From the NCBI GenBank assembly GCA_963771355.1, contig CAVYTA010000006.1, positions 192,001-256,000 on the forward strand: a stretch of DNA of 64,000 nt. The letters run 5' to 3'. A program made the translations under genes and the position numbers. Shown piece after piece: positions 30,439-40,646 of this stretch (the stretch's first letter is position 1; every line of letters starts with the position of its first letter). A model generated the notes under the pieces. That model was not told the origin of the DNA. It ran no database searches and saw only the letters and a program-made list of their open reading frames with translations. Origin of the DNA: an uncultured Candidatus Rokubacteria bacterium. GTDB lineage: Bacteria; Methylomirabilota; Methylomirabilia; Rokubacteriales; CSP1-6.

Positions 30439-31359
30439 ATGGCGCAGTTCATCATCCGGCGCCTGCTCTACAGCGTCGTCACGATCTTCATCCTGAGCGC
30501 GACGATCTTCCTCATCGTGCGGCTCACCGGCGACCCCGTGGCCCTGATGGCGGAAGCCAGCGCGCGCCCCGAAGACCTCGACCGGATCCGTCACCTGTGG
30601 GGACTCGACCGCTCGTGGCCCGAGCAGTACGTCACCTTCATGCAGAACGCCTTCATGGGGGAGCTCGGCAAGTCCTTCAACTACCGGCTCCCGGTCACCG
30701 AGCTCTACTTTCAGCGGCTGCCCAACTCGTTGATCCTGGGTCTCGCCGCCACCCTCATTTCGCTCCTCATCGGCGTTCCCGCCGGCATCATCTCGGCGGT
30801 GAAGGTGAACACCTGGTGGGACAACGTCGCGAAGGGCGTCGCCCTGCTCGGCCTCTCGATCCCCGGCTTCTGGCTGGGGCTGGTGCTGATCCTCGTGTTC
30901 TCCGTCTGGCTGCGATGGCTGCCGACGTCCGGGGCCGGCGACTGGCGGCACGTCGTCATGCCCGCCCTTGCCCTCGGGTGGTACTTCGCCGCGTCGATGC
31001 TCAGGCTGACTCGCTCGAGCATGCTGGAGGTCCTGGGCAGCGAGTACATCAAGCTCGCCCGGCTCAAGGGGCTCCCGGACGTCGTGGTCATCGCCATGCA
31101 CGCGTTCAAGAATGCGCTCATCCCGGTCTTCACCCTGGCCGGCGTGAACATGGTGGTGATGGTCAATGCCGCCGTCATCATCGAGGTGATCTTCGCGTGG
31201 CCGGGGATCGGCCGGCTCCTCTACGAGGGCATCTTCCAGCGCGACTTCCCGCTCGTGCAGGGCGTCGTGATCATGGCCGGCTTCATGATCGTGGGGATCA
31301 ACCTGGTGGTGGACATCCTCTACGCCTTCATCGACCCGAGAATCCGACTCGCGAGGTAG
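30439..31359 (+). CDS. ABC permease (DppB/OppB-like)
   Basis: ARLKGL EAA-like loop, FAWPGIG and DPRIR motifs. Confidence 0.92.
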   Translation: MAQFIIRRLLYSVVTIFILSATIFLIVRLTGDPVALMAEASARPEDLDRIRHLWGLDRSWPEQYVTFMQNAFMGELGKSFNYRLPVTELYFQRLPNSLILGLAATLISLLIGVPAGIISAVKVNTWWDNVAKGVALLGLSIPGFWLGLVLILVFSVWLRWLPTSGAGDWRHVVMPALALGWYFAASMLRLTRSSMLEVLGSEYIKLARLKGLPDVVVIAMHAFKNALIPVFTLAGVNMVVMVNAAVIIEVIFAWPGIGRLLYEGIFQRDFPLVQGVVIMAGFMIVGINLVVDILYAFIDPRIRLAR

Positions 31360-32268
31360 GTGACGATGGCCATCGCAGTGCGGACGCCGGTGGGCGAGGA
31401 AAGGGCCGCGAGGACGTTCTTCGCCGTCATCAAAGCGCTGCGGGAGGCGCCCCTGGTCGCGGTCGTCATCCTCGGCGGCTTCACGTTCGCGGCGGTCTTC
31501 GCCGGCCTCATCGCTCCGTATGACCCGACGCTTCCGGTGAAGGGCGCGAAGGTATTCGACCCGCCGGTCTGGATGGAGGGCGGCCAGTGGGCGACGCCGC
31601 TCGGGACCGACTTCCAGGGCCGGGACATCCTGAGCCGCCTGATCCACGGGGCGCGCGTGTCGCTGGTGGTGGGGTTGATGGGGACGCTCGTGGCGGGCGG
31701 CATCGGGACCGCGATGGGGATCCTCTCCGGGTACGTGGGCGGCTGGGTCGACCAGATCATCATGCGCGTGACCGATGCCTGGCTCGCCTTACCGGCAATC
31801 GTCTTCGCGATCTTCCTGGCCGCCCTGGTCGGGCCCAGCATGTGGAACATCATTGTCATCCTGGGCTCCGTGTACTGGACGCGGTACGCGCGCGTCATCC
31901 GGGGCGAGGTGCTGACGCTCCGGGAGCGGGAATTCGTGAAGCTGGCCGAGATCGCCGGCGCCAGCAAGCTGCGCGTGATCAAGCGGCACATCCTGCCGAA
32001 CGTCATGAACACGGCGACGGTGCTGGCCAGCCTCACCGTGGGCGTGGTCATCATCGCCGAAGCGTCGCTGAGCTTTCTGGGGGTGGGCGTGCCGCCGCCT
32101 CAGCCCGCCTGGGGCCTCATGCTCTCGGAGGCGCGTGCGACCTTGATGGCGGGCCAGTGGTGGCTCACGGTGTTCCCTGGGCTGTGCATCTTGCTGATCG
32201 TCCTCGCGACCCAGCTCTTCGGTGACTGGCTGCGAGTCCGCCTCGATCCCCAGCTCAAGAATCTCTAG
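31360..32268 (+). CDS. ABC permease (DppC/OppC-like)
   Basis: LGTDFQGRD, HILPN and EASLSFLG motifs. Confidence 0.92.
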   Translation: MTMAIAVRTPVGEERAARTFFAVIKALREAPLVAVVILGGFTFAAVFAGLIAPYDPTLPVKGAKVFDPPVWMEGGQWATPLGTDFQGRDILSRLIHGARVSLVVGLMGTLVAGGIGTAMGILSGYVGGWVDQIIMRVTDAWLALPAIVFAIFLAALVGPSMWNIIVILGSVYWTRYARVIRGEVLTLREREFVKLAEIAGASKLRVIKRHILPNVMNTATVLASLTVGVVIIAEASLSFLGVGVPPPQPAWGLMLSEARATLMAGQWWLTVFPGLCILLIVLATQLFGDWLRVRLDPQLKNL

Positions 32269-32284
32269 GGATGCGCGCGCGTTC

Positions 32285-33292
32285 ATGACGCCCGTTCTCG
32301 AAGTCTCCGACCTCCAGACCCACTTCTCCACCTTCGGCGGGACACGCGTGGTCAAGGCGGTGGACCGGGTGAGCTTTTCGCTCCACGAGGGCGAGACGCT
32401 GGGGCTGGTCGGCGAGTCGGGAAGCGGCAAGACGACGACGTGCCTTTCGATCGTCGGGCTCTTGCCGCGGGCCGCCCGCATCGTCGGAGGCCGTGTCCTC
32501 TTCGAAGGGGAAGACCTGACCGCCATGAGCCAGCGCGAGTTGCGCCGGATCCGCGGCCGGCGGATCGCCGTCATCCTCCAGGACCCCATGGCGTCCCTGA
32601 ACCCGCTCTTCACCATCTTCCGGCAGGTGGCGGAGCCCGCGTTCTTCCACCAGCGGCTCCGGGGCCGACCGCTGCGGGAACGCGTGCAGCACCTCCTCCG
32701 GGCCGTCCGCATCCCCTCGCCCGAGTGGCGGATGCGCGAGTATCCGCACCAGATGAGCGGTGGCATGCGCCAGCGCATCGTCGGCGCGATCGCGCTGGCC
32801 GGAGGGCCGAGCCTCGTCATCGCCGACGAGCCCACGACGAACCTCGACGTCACCATCCAGGCGCAGTACCTCGACCTCCTCAAGGACATCCAACGCGAGA
32901 CGGGGGTGGCCCTGATCTTCGTGACGCACAACTTGGGCATCGTCGCGAGGATGTGTGACAAGGTCGCCGTGATGTATGCCGGCAAGCTCGTCGAGCAGGC
33001 GCCAGTGCGAGCGCTATTCGATGCTCCCAAGCATCCGTACACGCGGGCCCTGCTCGGCTCGATGCCGAAGCTGGGCAGCAAGGAGCCCCTGTATTCGATC
33101 TCGGGCCAGCCACCCAACCTGGCTACCCTGCCCACGGGATGCGCCTTCCACCCGCGCTGCCCCGTGACGGTTTCCCGCTGCACGACGGAGGAGCCGGGGG
33201 ACTTCTACCTCGGTGACGGCAGCGTCGCCCGGTGCTGGCTCCTGGACCGCGACCGGGAAGCGCAAGCGGATCGTGACCGAACCCGTTCTTGA
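32285..33292 (+). CDS. ABC ATP-binding protein (DppD-like)
   Basis: GESGSGKT, MSGGMRQ, ADEPT and C-terminal GCAFHPRC. Confidence 0.92.
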   Translation: MTPVLEVSDLQTHFSTFGGTRVVKAVDRVSFSLHEGETLGLVGESGSGKTTTCLSIVGLLPRAARIVGGRVLFEGEDLTAMSQRELRRIRGRRIAVILQDPMASLNPLFTIFRQVAEPAFFHQRLRGRPLRERVQHLLRAVRIPSPEWRMREYPHQMSGGMRQRIVGAIALAGGPSLVIADEPTTNLDVTIQAQYLDLLKDIQRETGVALIFVTHNLGIVARMCDKVAVMYAGKLVEQAPVRALFDAPKHPYTRALLGSMPKLGSKEPLYSISGQPPNLATLPTGCAFHPRCPVTVSRCTTEEPGDFYLGDGSVARCWLLDRDREAQADRDRTRS

Positions 33293-34235
33293 AGTCCGGG
33301 GGCTGACGAAGCACTTCCCCGCGCGGCAAGGCCTGCTGGGACGCAAGCGAACGTGGGTCCGAGCCGTGGACGGCGTGGACTTCACCATTCATCCCGCCGA
33401 GACGCTGGGCCTCATCGGCGAATCCGGATGCGGGAAGACCACCACCTCGAAGCTGATCCTGCTACAGGAGACACCCACCGCCGGGACGATCGCCTTCGAG
33501 GGCCGAGACATCGCCGGCCTCGGGGGCAAAGACCTCATGGCGTATCGCCGGGCCGTGCAGGTGGTGTTCCAGGATCCGTTCAGCTCGCTCAGCCCGCGCA
33601 TGCGTGTCGAGGACATCATCGCCGAGCCGCTGGAGATCCACACCGGTCTCTCACGTGGGGCGATTGCCGAGCGCGTCGCAGTGGTGCTGGAGCTGGTCGG
33701 TCTCCCGCCCGACGTGGCCCCGCTGTTCCCGCACGAGTTCAGCGGCGGGCAGCGTCAACGGATCGCCATCGCCCGGGCGCTCGCGACCGACACCCGTCTC
33801 ATCGTGCTGGACGAGCCCGTCTCCGCGCTCGATGTGTCGGTCAGAGCCCAGATCATCAACCAGCTCGAGCACCTGCAGCGGACCCTCGGCGTGAGCTATC
33901 TCTTCATCGGCCACGACCTGGCCACCGTCGCGCACATCAGCCACCGGATCGCGGTGATGTACCTGGGCAAGATCGTCGAGACGGCGGACAGTGACGCGCT
34001 CTGCGCCCGTCCGATGCACCCGTACACCCAAGCCCTCTTCGCCGCCGCGCTGCCATCCCATCCCGACGACCCGCCGCACGAGCGGCCCATTGCCGGGGAG
34101 GTCCCGAGCGCCCTCAGCCTCCCATCCGGGTGTCGCTTCCACCCGCGATGCCCGTCGGCGATGCCGATCTGCTCGGAGGTGGAGCCGGCGCTGAAAGCTC
34201 GCGGCGGCGGCGAGGTGGCCTGCCACCTGTATTGA
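33273..34235 (+). CDS. ABC ATP-binding protein (DppF-like)
   Basis: GESGCGKT, FSGGQRQ, LDEPV and GCRFHPRC. GTG start. Confidence 0.92.
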   Translation: MTEPVLEVRGLTKHFPARQGLLGRKRTWVRAVDGVDFTIHPAETLGLIGESGCGKTTTSKLILLQETPTAGTIAFEGRDIAGLGGKDLMAYRRAVQVVFQDPFSSLSPRMRVEDIIAEPLEIHTGLSRGAIAERVAVVLELVGLPPDVAPLFPHEFSGGQRQRIAIARALATDTRLIVLDEPVSALDVSVRAQIINQLEHLQRTLGVSYLFIGHDLATVAHISHRIAVMYLGKIVETADSDALCARPMHPYTQALFAAALPSHPDDPPHERPIAGEVPSALSLPSGCRFHPRCPSAMPICSEVEPALKARGGGEVACHLY

Positions 34236-34248
34236 GAGACCGTAGGAG

Positions 34249-35286
34249 CTAGCGCTTGATCCCGAGGAGCGTGGCCGCGGTCTCGCCCAGCATCGCCACC
34301 CGCTCGGGGTCGGACAGGCCCGGCGTGCCGAGGATATGGTCCACCGAGGTGCTGGTCCACGGGTAGGGATAGTCCGTCCCCATCACGATGCGGTCCGGGC
34401 CCACCTCCGCCGCCAGGTGCCGGAGCGCCTCCGGCGTGAAGACAATGGAGTCGTAGTAGAGCTGGCGCAAATACTCGGTGGGCTTCTTCTCGAGCTTTCC
34501 CGGGCAGCGGTCGGGGAAGGTGGTGAGGATGGCGTCCGACCGCGCCCCATAGGAGGGCAGATACCCCCCGCCGTGGGCGGCGCAGATCTTGAGCCCGGGG
34601 AAGCGGTCGAGGGTGCCGTCGAAGATCAGATGCGAGAGCGCGATGGTGGTCTCGAGGGGGTTGCCGATGGTATTGGTGAGCAGGCCATTGCCCTTGAGCC
34701 GGCTCGTGCGCTCCAGCTCCGCCGTGCCCTGCGGATGGATGAAGACGAGCGCGCCGAGCGACTCCGCCTTGGCCCAGAAGGGATGGAAGCGCGGGTCGGA
34801 CAGATCTGCCCCCTCCACGCTGCCGCCGATGGCGGCGCCGCGCAGACCGTATCGCCGCATGCCGTCCTCGAGCTGCTGGGCGGCCAGATCGGGATGCTGC
34901 AGCGCCACCGACGCGAAGGCCACGAAGCGCTCCGGGTGGGCCGCGCAAGCCTCGGCGAGCGCCTCGTTCTGGAGGCGGATCAGCTCGCGGGCCAGATCGT
35001 GCTCGGCTCCGTACCAGTAGGGATTGATGCTCAGCGCCTCCACGTCGATGCCCTGCTCGTCCATGGCGCGCATCCTGGCCGCCGGGCTGGACATGAGCAG
35101 CGCTTCCGTCGGGAGCTTGAGGCCCATGAGCGCCATCGCGGCGGGCACGCCGCAATGCGCGTGCACGTCGATGGTCTTCACGCGCCGGCCGCCGACGGTG
35201 ACCGCCCGTCGCACCGCCTGGGCCTGCACCGCGCCCACCGTGCTGCATCCCACGAAGGCGACCCCTCCTGGCCCGCTATCGCTCAT
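34249..35286 (-). CDS. Amidohydrolase_2 (ACMSD-like decarboxylase/hydratase family)
   Basis: DVHAH, FIHP, AHGGG and GTDYP motifs. Confidence 0.9.
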   Translation of the reverse strand: MSDSGPGGVAFVGCSTVGAVQAQAVRRAVTVGGRRVKTIDVHAHCGVPAAMALMGLKLPTEALLMSSPAARMRAMDEQGIDVEALSINPYWYGAEHDLARELIRLQNEALAEACAAHPERFVAFASVALQHPDLAAQQLEDGMRRYGLRGAAIGGSVEGADLSDPRFHPFWAKAESLGALVFIHPQGTAELERTSRLKGNGLLTNTIGNPLETTIALSHLIFDGTLDRFPGLKICAAHGGGYLPSYGARSDAILTTFPDRCPGKLEKKPTEYLRQLYYDSIVFTPEALRHLAAEVGPDRIVMGTDYPYPWTSTSVDHILGTPGLSDPERVAMLGETAATLLGIKR

Positions 35287-36395
35287 CCGCTTCTCCGGTA
35301 GATGCGGGCCACGCGGGGCCCGATGGTGGTGGCGACCTGGTGGACGCCGATATTGTGCCGGCGGGCGACCTCGGCGAGCGTGATCTCGGCCTCGCCCTGG
35401 CGGCCGATGATCACGACCTCGTCGCCGACCTGCGCGTCCGGGATGGCGGTGAGGTCGATCCGCGTGTGCTCCAGTGACGGCGTGGCCACGATGGGGGCCG
35501 GGCGTCCGCGCACGAGCACGCGGTCGGCGTGCAGCCACAGGAGGCCGTCGGCCAGTCCCATGGGGATGACGCCGAGCCGCATGGGGGCAGTCACGGGAAA
35601 CGGCGCCACCTCGGCGAAGCGCTCACGCGGCGTGATGTCCTTGAGGGCGATGACGCGCGTGGACAGCGCGCGGAACGTCGAGCGGAGCGGCGTGGGTGCG
35701 ACCTCGTCCCGGAAGGTCAGGCCATAGAGCATGCGCCCGGGATCCACGGCATTGAGGTAGGTCTGCGGGAAGCGCAGCACGAAGGGGGAGGCGGCGAGCA
35801 GGCGGATGGGCACGCGCACCCCGCGCGCCTCGAGCTCGTCCACCACCGCGGTGAAACGGCCCAGCTGCCAGTCGGCGTACGCGGGATCGCCGCCCACGGG
35901 GGCATGGGGATGGGCGCAGAGCCCGGCCAGGCGCAGGCGCGGCAGCTCCAGCATGGCGGTGACCAGCTTCACCGCTTCCTCGGGCGCCACGCCGAGGCGC
36001 TCGAGCCCGACGTCGATCTTCACGAACACGTCGCAGGGGTCCCGTGCCGCCTCCGCGTAGGCCCGGGCCCCTTCCAGATCCACCACCGTCGGCGTGAGCC
36101 CGTGGGCGAGGGCCTCGGGCGCGGCCTCGGGCAAGGAGTTGGGATACACGAGGACGGGCGCGGTGATGCCGCGCCGGCGGAGGCGAATCCCCTCGGCGAG
36201 GTCCGCCACGCCCAGCGCGTCGGCGCCGCCGGCCAGGAAGGTCTCGGCCATCTCGGCGGCCCCGTGGCCGTAGCCGTCGGCCTTGATCACCGCGTAGATC
36301 TTTCGCTGGGGCCCGACCATCTGGCGCACCACGCGGACGTTCGAGGCGGCGGCGGCGAGATCGATCTCGAAGGTGGTCGGACGGGGTGGGAGCAT
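35283..36395 (-). CDS. alr: Alanine racemase family PLP enzyme (divergent active site)
   Basis: AVIKADGYGHG PLP-lysine motif, KIDVGLERLG and GDEVVIIG. Second catalytic Tyr not seen. Confidence 0.8.
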   Translation of the reverse strand: MLPPRPTTFEIDLAAAASNVRVVRQMVGPQRKIYAVIKADGYGHGAAEMAETFLAGGADALGVADLAEGIRLRRRGITAPVLVYPNSLPEAAPEALAHGLTPTVVDLEGARAYAEAARDPCDVFVKIDVGLERLGVAPEEAVKLVTAMLELPRLRLAGLCAHPHAPVGGDPAYADWQLGRFTAVVDELEARGVRVPIRLLAASPFVLRFPQTYLNAVDPGRMLYGLTFRDEVAPTPLRSTFRALSTRVIALKDITPRERFAEVAPFPVTAPMRLGVIPMGLADGLLWLHADRVLVRGRPAPIVATPSLEHTRIDLTAIPDAQVGDEVVIIGRQGEAEITLAEVARRHNIGVHQVATTIGPRVARIYRRSG

Positions 36396-36472
36396 GGAAG
36401 GACTATGAACCCGGGCCGCGCGTTTCTCAAGGCGGCTTTCTCCCGTGGTTTCGTCGTGCTAACGTCCCCGAC

Positions 36473-37216
36473 ATGACGACATCCCTCACGCCCGCCGCGA
36501 AGTCCGAGCTGACGCCGACCGGGAAGCTCCGGGTCGGTCTGAACCATGGCAACTTCCTCCTCGTCACCCCGGGCTCGTCCGCGACGGATCCGAAGGGCGT
36601 GGCGCCCGACGTGGCGCGCGAGCTGGCCAAGCGCCTCGGCGTGCCGGTGGAGTTCAGCAAGTTCGACACCGCGGGCAAGCTGGGCGACGCGGTGCGCGAG
36701 GGGGTGTGGGACGTGGCCTTCCTCGGCGCCGAGCCGCAGCGCGCCGCGGAGATCGCCTTCACCGCCGCGTACCTCGAGATCCCCGCGACCTACCTCGTAC
36801 CCGCAGGATCAACCATTCAAACGGTCGCCGAGGTGGACCGCGAGGGCGTCCGGATCGCGGTGGCCGACAAGAGCGCCTACGAGCTCTGGCTCTCCCGCAA
36901 CATCAAGCACGCCACGCTCATGAAGACGCAGGGCATCGACGCCTCCTTCGACCTCTTCGTGAAGGACAAGCTCGAGGCGCTGTCGGGCCTCCGGCCGCGG
37001 CTCATCTCCGACGTGAAGAAGCTGCCCGGCGCGCGCATCCTCGACGGGGTCTTCACGGCGGTGCAGCAGGCCATCGGCACCGCCAAGAAGAACACCGCCG
37101 CCGCGGTGTACCTCGCCGGCTTCGTGGAGGACGTGAAGGCCTCGGGCTTCGTGGGGGAGGCGATCACGCGCAACAAGTCCGAGGGCGTGAACGCGGCGCC
37201 CCCGGCCTCCCGCTAG
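36473..37216 (+). CDS. Polar amino acid-type substrate-binding domain protein, no signal peptide
   Basis: GKLRVGLN, WDVAFL and DREGVRIAV pattern of SBP family 3. Confidence 0.82.
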   Translation: MTTSLTPAAKSELTPTGKLRVGLNHGNFLLVTPGSSATDPKGVAPDVARELAKRLGVPVEFSKFDTAGKLGDAVREGVWDVAFLGAEPQRAAEIAFTAAYLEIPATYLVPAGSTIQTVAEVDREGVRIAVADKSAYELWLSRNIKHATLMKTQGIDASFDLFVKDKLEALSGLRPRLISDVKKLPGARILDGVFTAVQQAIGTAKKNTAAAVYLAGFVEDVKASGFVGEAITRNKSEGVNAAPPASR

Positions 37217-37233
37217 CCCGGCGCGCCCGCCGC

Positions 37234-37761
37234 ATGCACGACACCGGCCCCGGGCGTCCCGACGCTGACGAGTGCCTGCCGTACTACTTCCAGTACATCG
37301 ACCTCGTCCCCGACGGGCACGTGCTGGAAACCCTCGAGCGTCAGATCGGCGAGAGCGCGGCGTACCTCGCCGGCTTCACGGCGGAGCAGGCGCTCCGGCG
37401 CGAGGCCCCGAAGGAGTGGAACGCCGTCGAGATCGTCGGGCACCTGGTGGACGTCGAGCGCGCCTTCGGCTACCGCGCGCTCCGCATCGCGCGCGCGGAT
37501 CCCGTCATGTGGACCCCGGTCGAGTTCGGCGACTGGGCGGCGATGGCCAACTACGAGGCGCGCCCGCTCGGCGACGTCGTGACCGAATACGCGGCGGTGC
37601 GGGCGGCGTTCGTCGCGTTCCTGCGCGGGCTGGACGCGGCCGCCTGGGCGCGCCGCGCCCCGGCGGAGTGGACGCTCCGCAGCGTGCGCGCCGTCGCCTA
37701 CGCCATGGCCGGCCACGAGCGGCATCACCTGGCGGACATCCGCCGCCAGCACCCGCGCTAG
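37234..37761 (+). CDS. DinB family protein
   Basis: YYFQYI, WNAVEIVGHLVD and AGHERHH motifs. 3' part of ORF 36706..37761. Confidence 0.85.
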   Translation: MHDTGPGRPDADECLPYYFQYIDLVPDGHVLETLERQIGESAAYLAGFTAEQALRREAPKEWNAVEIVGHLVDVERAFGYRALRIARADPVMWTPVEFGDWAAMANYEARPLGDVVTEYAAVRAAFVAFLRGLDAAAWARRAPAEWTLRSVRAVAYAMAGHERHHLADIRRQHPR

Positions 37762-37780
37762 CTGCCGTCCCTCGGTGCGC

Positions 37781-38983
37781 TCAGGCGCGCCGGTAGCGCT
37801 CCGGCACGTCGAACTTGAAGAGGCGCGCCGCGTTGAGCCCCAGCACCTTCGCCCTCGCGCCGTCCGAGAGGCCGCTCATGGTCCGCTCGATGGCCTCGGC
37901 GGAATGCGGCCACGTGCCCTCGTGATGCGGGTAGTCGTTTCCCCACATGAATGTGTCGGTCAGGTTGAAGCGCTCCGCGAGCTCGAGCCCGGCCGGGTCC
38001 TCCTGGAACGAGGCAAAGCCGTGCCGGCGGAAGTATTCGCTGGGCAGGTGCTTGAGCTTCGGTCGGACCCAGAAGTGATGCTTGCGATACGCCTCGTCCA
38101 TCGCCTCCAGCACCCACGGGAGCCAGCCGATCCCGGCCTCGATGGTGGCGAAGCGAAGCCCGGGGAAGCGCTCGAAGACCCCGGAGGCGCAGAGGTTGGC
38201 CACCGGCTCCACCGTCGGCGAGAGCGAGTGCGACACGTAGTTGATGACGGCGCCGCCGTTGCCTCGCGACGCGCGCGGGTCGCGGCCCGTCGAGATGTGG
38301 AACGTGATGGGTAGTCCCGTGTCCTGGATGGCGGCCCACAGGGGATCGAAGTGCGGCAGGTTGTAGTTCGGATGGTCGATGTCGTGCGCGCCCCAGACGG
38401 GCTTGCAGGGCAGGGTCAGTGCGCGGAAGCCCACCTTGGCCACGCGCTGCACCTCGGCGATGGAGCCCTCGAGGTCCGCGGTGGCGATGGCGGCGACGGG
38501 CGACAGCCGGTCGTTGTGCGGCCCGAAGACCTCCCACGCCCACTCGTTGAAGACGCGGCACTGCGCCTGGGCGAAGACCGCGTCCGGCGTGGCCCACATC
38601 GAGAGGCCCTTGTTCGGGAAGATCACCTCGGCGTCGATCCCGTCGCGCTCGTGATCGCGGAGCCGGTCCCATGGATCGGCGCCCGCCTGCTGACGGAGCC
38701 GGTCCTCGCCCTCCATCTCGTCCACGCGCAGCCGGTCCGGCCGGTGTCCCTCCGACACGCGCCACTTGACGCCGTTGGCGTCGGTGGTCACGCGCGGCAG
38801 GCGGTCGCGGTACTTCGCGTCGATGCGCTCCGCCCACAGGTTCGAGGGCTCGTTGGCATGGCAGTCGGCGGAGACGATGAAGTACTTGTTGGGATCGTCC
38901 GGTCGTGCGGTCCGGCTCCACCCGGCATGGCCCGGGGTTTCCAGGCGCCACCGGTTCGGGGCATTGATCTCGAGCTGGCTCAT
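37781..38983 (-). CDS. Amidohydrolase_2 family protein
   Basis: SADCH, TFH, IEAGIGW and WGNDYPHHEG motifs. Confidence 0.9.
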   Translation of the reverse strand: MSQLEINAPNRWRLETPGHAGWSRTARPDDPNKYFIVSADCHANEPSNLWAERIDAKYRDRLPRVTTDANGVKWRVSEGHRPDRLRVDEMEGEDRLRQQAGADPWDRLRDHERDGIDAEVIFPNKGLSMWATPDAVFAQAQCRVFNEWAWEVFGPHNDRLSPVAAIATADLEGSIAEVQRVAKVGFRALTLPCKPVWGAHDIDHPNYNLPHFDPLWAAIQDTGLPITFHISTGRDPRASRGNGGAVINYVSHSLSPTVEPVANLCASGVFERFPGLRFATIEAGIGWLPWVLEAMDEAYRKHHFWVRPKLKHLPSEYFRRHGFASFQEDPAGLELAERFNLTDTFMWGNDYPHHEGTWPHSAEAIERTMSGLSDGARAKVLGLNAARLFKFDVPERYRRA

Positions 38984-39465
38984 CGGTCACTCCTTTGTGA
39001 GGAAACCGTCCAATGCACGAGGGTGAACGGAACCTTGGCGTCGTCGTGCGGCTCGAAGACGGCCTCGACCGGCGCGCCGATGGTCACCGCCTGGCGGGGA
39101 TCGCCGAGGAGATTGCCGAGCATGCGGATGCTGCCCGCGTGGGGCAGCTCCACCAGCACGACCAGGTAAGGGCCGTGCGCCTTGAGGGCGGGATGGACGG
39201 GATGCCAGACGCGCTCCCAGGAATAGATCGTCCCGTGCGAGGCGACCGGGGCCCAGCCGACGGCGGATGAGAGGCACGCGTGACAGATCCACTCCGGTCC
39301 CCACTGCCAGGTCTGGCACCGCTCGCAGCGCTGGACGAGGAGCTCGCCCCGCCGCGTTCCCTCCCAGTAGGGGCGGTCGAGCCCGTCCGGCTCCGGCACC
39401 GGCGCGGGCAGGCCCGCGGGCAGATAGGAGGCGGCCACCGCCATCAGTCGCTCGCCGCTCGCCAT
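38980..39465 (-). CDS. DUF35 Zn-ribbon/OB-fold protein
   Basis: CERC...CHAC zinc ribbon, then GTIYSW and IGAPVEAVF. Confidence 0.88.
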   Translation of the reverse strand: MASGERLMAVAASYLPAGLPAPVPEPDGLDRPYWEGTRRGELLVQRCERCQTWQWGPEWICHACLSSAVGWAPVASHGTIYSWERVWHPVHPALKAHGPYLVVLVELPHAGSIRMLGNLLGDPRQAVTIGAPVEAVFEPHDDAKVPFTLVHWTVSSQRSDR

Positions 39466-40646
39466 CAGAGCGTGGCCTCGCCACCCAGGATCAGGCTCGA
39501 GACCGGGGTGACCATGGGGCCCGAGATCACCATGGAGACCTCCGCGTCCGGTACCGGACTGGTCGAGTCCCCGCGGAGCTGGCGCACCGCCTCGATGACC
39601 AGCTCGAGGCCATGCATGTAGCACTCGGCGAGATTGCCGCCGCTGGTGTTGAGCGGCAGTCGCCCCGTGGGCGCGAGGAGATTGTCCACCACCAGGAAGT
39701 CATTGGCCTCGTCCGGGGTGAAGAAGCCGTGCTCCACCAGGCTCATGAGGACGCCGCCGGTGAAGTTCTCGTAGCTCTGCACCACATCCACGTCGCCGGC
39801 GGAGACCCCGGCCATCTCGTAGAGCTGCGGCGCCACCGTGGTGAAGCTCGACGTCGCGTAGAGCGGCGCGTTGTGGCCGCGCGCGGCATTGCGGTACTCC
39901 GAGCCCTGGGCGGCCCCGAGGAGATAGGCCGGCTTCGGCCGGAGGTCGCGCGCGCGCTCGGCGGAGACGACGACCACGGCGGCGGCGCCGTCGTTCTCCA
40001 TGCAGCAGTCGTAGAGCCGGAAGGGCTCCACGATCCAGCGCGCGGCATCGTACGCGTCCGCGGTGAGCGGGCGCCCGTGCATGACCGCGCGGGGATTGGC
40101 CTGGGCGTGATGGTAGGAGGCGAGCGCGATGGCGCGCTGGGCATCATGGCGGATGTCGTGGTCGTGCATGAAGCGCATCACCCGCATGGCGAAGCGCTGG
40201 GCGGGCGAGATGAGGCCATACGGGAAGGTGAGCGCCGGTTCGCCCGAGACGGTGGCAACGGGCGGCGCCGCGCCGAAGCGCTGGAACTGTCCCTGGGCGA
40301 GCGCGCGGAAGACGACGACGCAGTCGGCGATGCCGCCCGCCACCGCGGCCGCCGCATTGGCCACCGCCGCGGAGCCGCCGCCCCCGCCGCCGCCCCACTG
40401 CATGTTGGAGAAGCGCAGGGCGGGCAGACCGAGCGCGGCGGCGATGCGCGAGGGGTCGTTGCGGTCATTGCTGTACGACGCGAACCCGTCCACCTGCCGC
40501 GGATCGAGGCCGGCGTCGGCGCAGGCCTTGAGGATGGCCTCGAGCGCGAGCTTGAACTCGGAGTCCGGGGCCTGGCCGTGCTTGTAGTAGGTGGTCTCGC
40601 CGACGCCGGCGATGGCGGCCCTGCCCCGGAGCGTCCGCTCCTTCAT
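39465..40646 (-). CDS. Thiolase-like protein (SCP2/Ltp2 type)
   Basis: AIAGVGET, DCCMENDGAAA, YENF and NTSGGNLAECYMHG motifs. Confidence 0.88.
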   Translation of the reverse strand: MKERTLRGRAAIAGVGETTYYKHGQAPDSEFKLALEAILKACADAGLDPRQVDGFASYSNDRNDPSRIAAALGLPALRFSNMQWGGGGGGGSAAVANAAAAVAGGIADCVVVFRALAQGQFQRFGAAPPVATVSGEPALTFPYGLISPAQRFAMRVMRFMHDHDIRHDAQRAIALASYHHAQANPRAVMHGRPLTADAYDAARWIVEPFRLYDCCMENDGAAAVVVVSAERARDLRPKPAYLLGAAQGSEYRNAARGHNAPLYATSSFTTVAPQLYEMAGVSAGDVDVVQSYENFTGGVLMSLVEHGFFTPDEANDFLVVDNLLAPTGRLPLNTSGGNLAECYMHGLELVIEAVRQLRGDSTSPVPDAEVSMVISGPMVTPVSSLILGGEATL

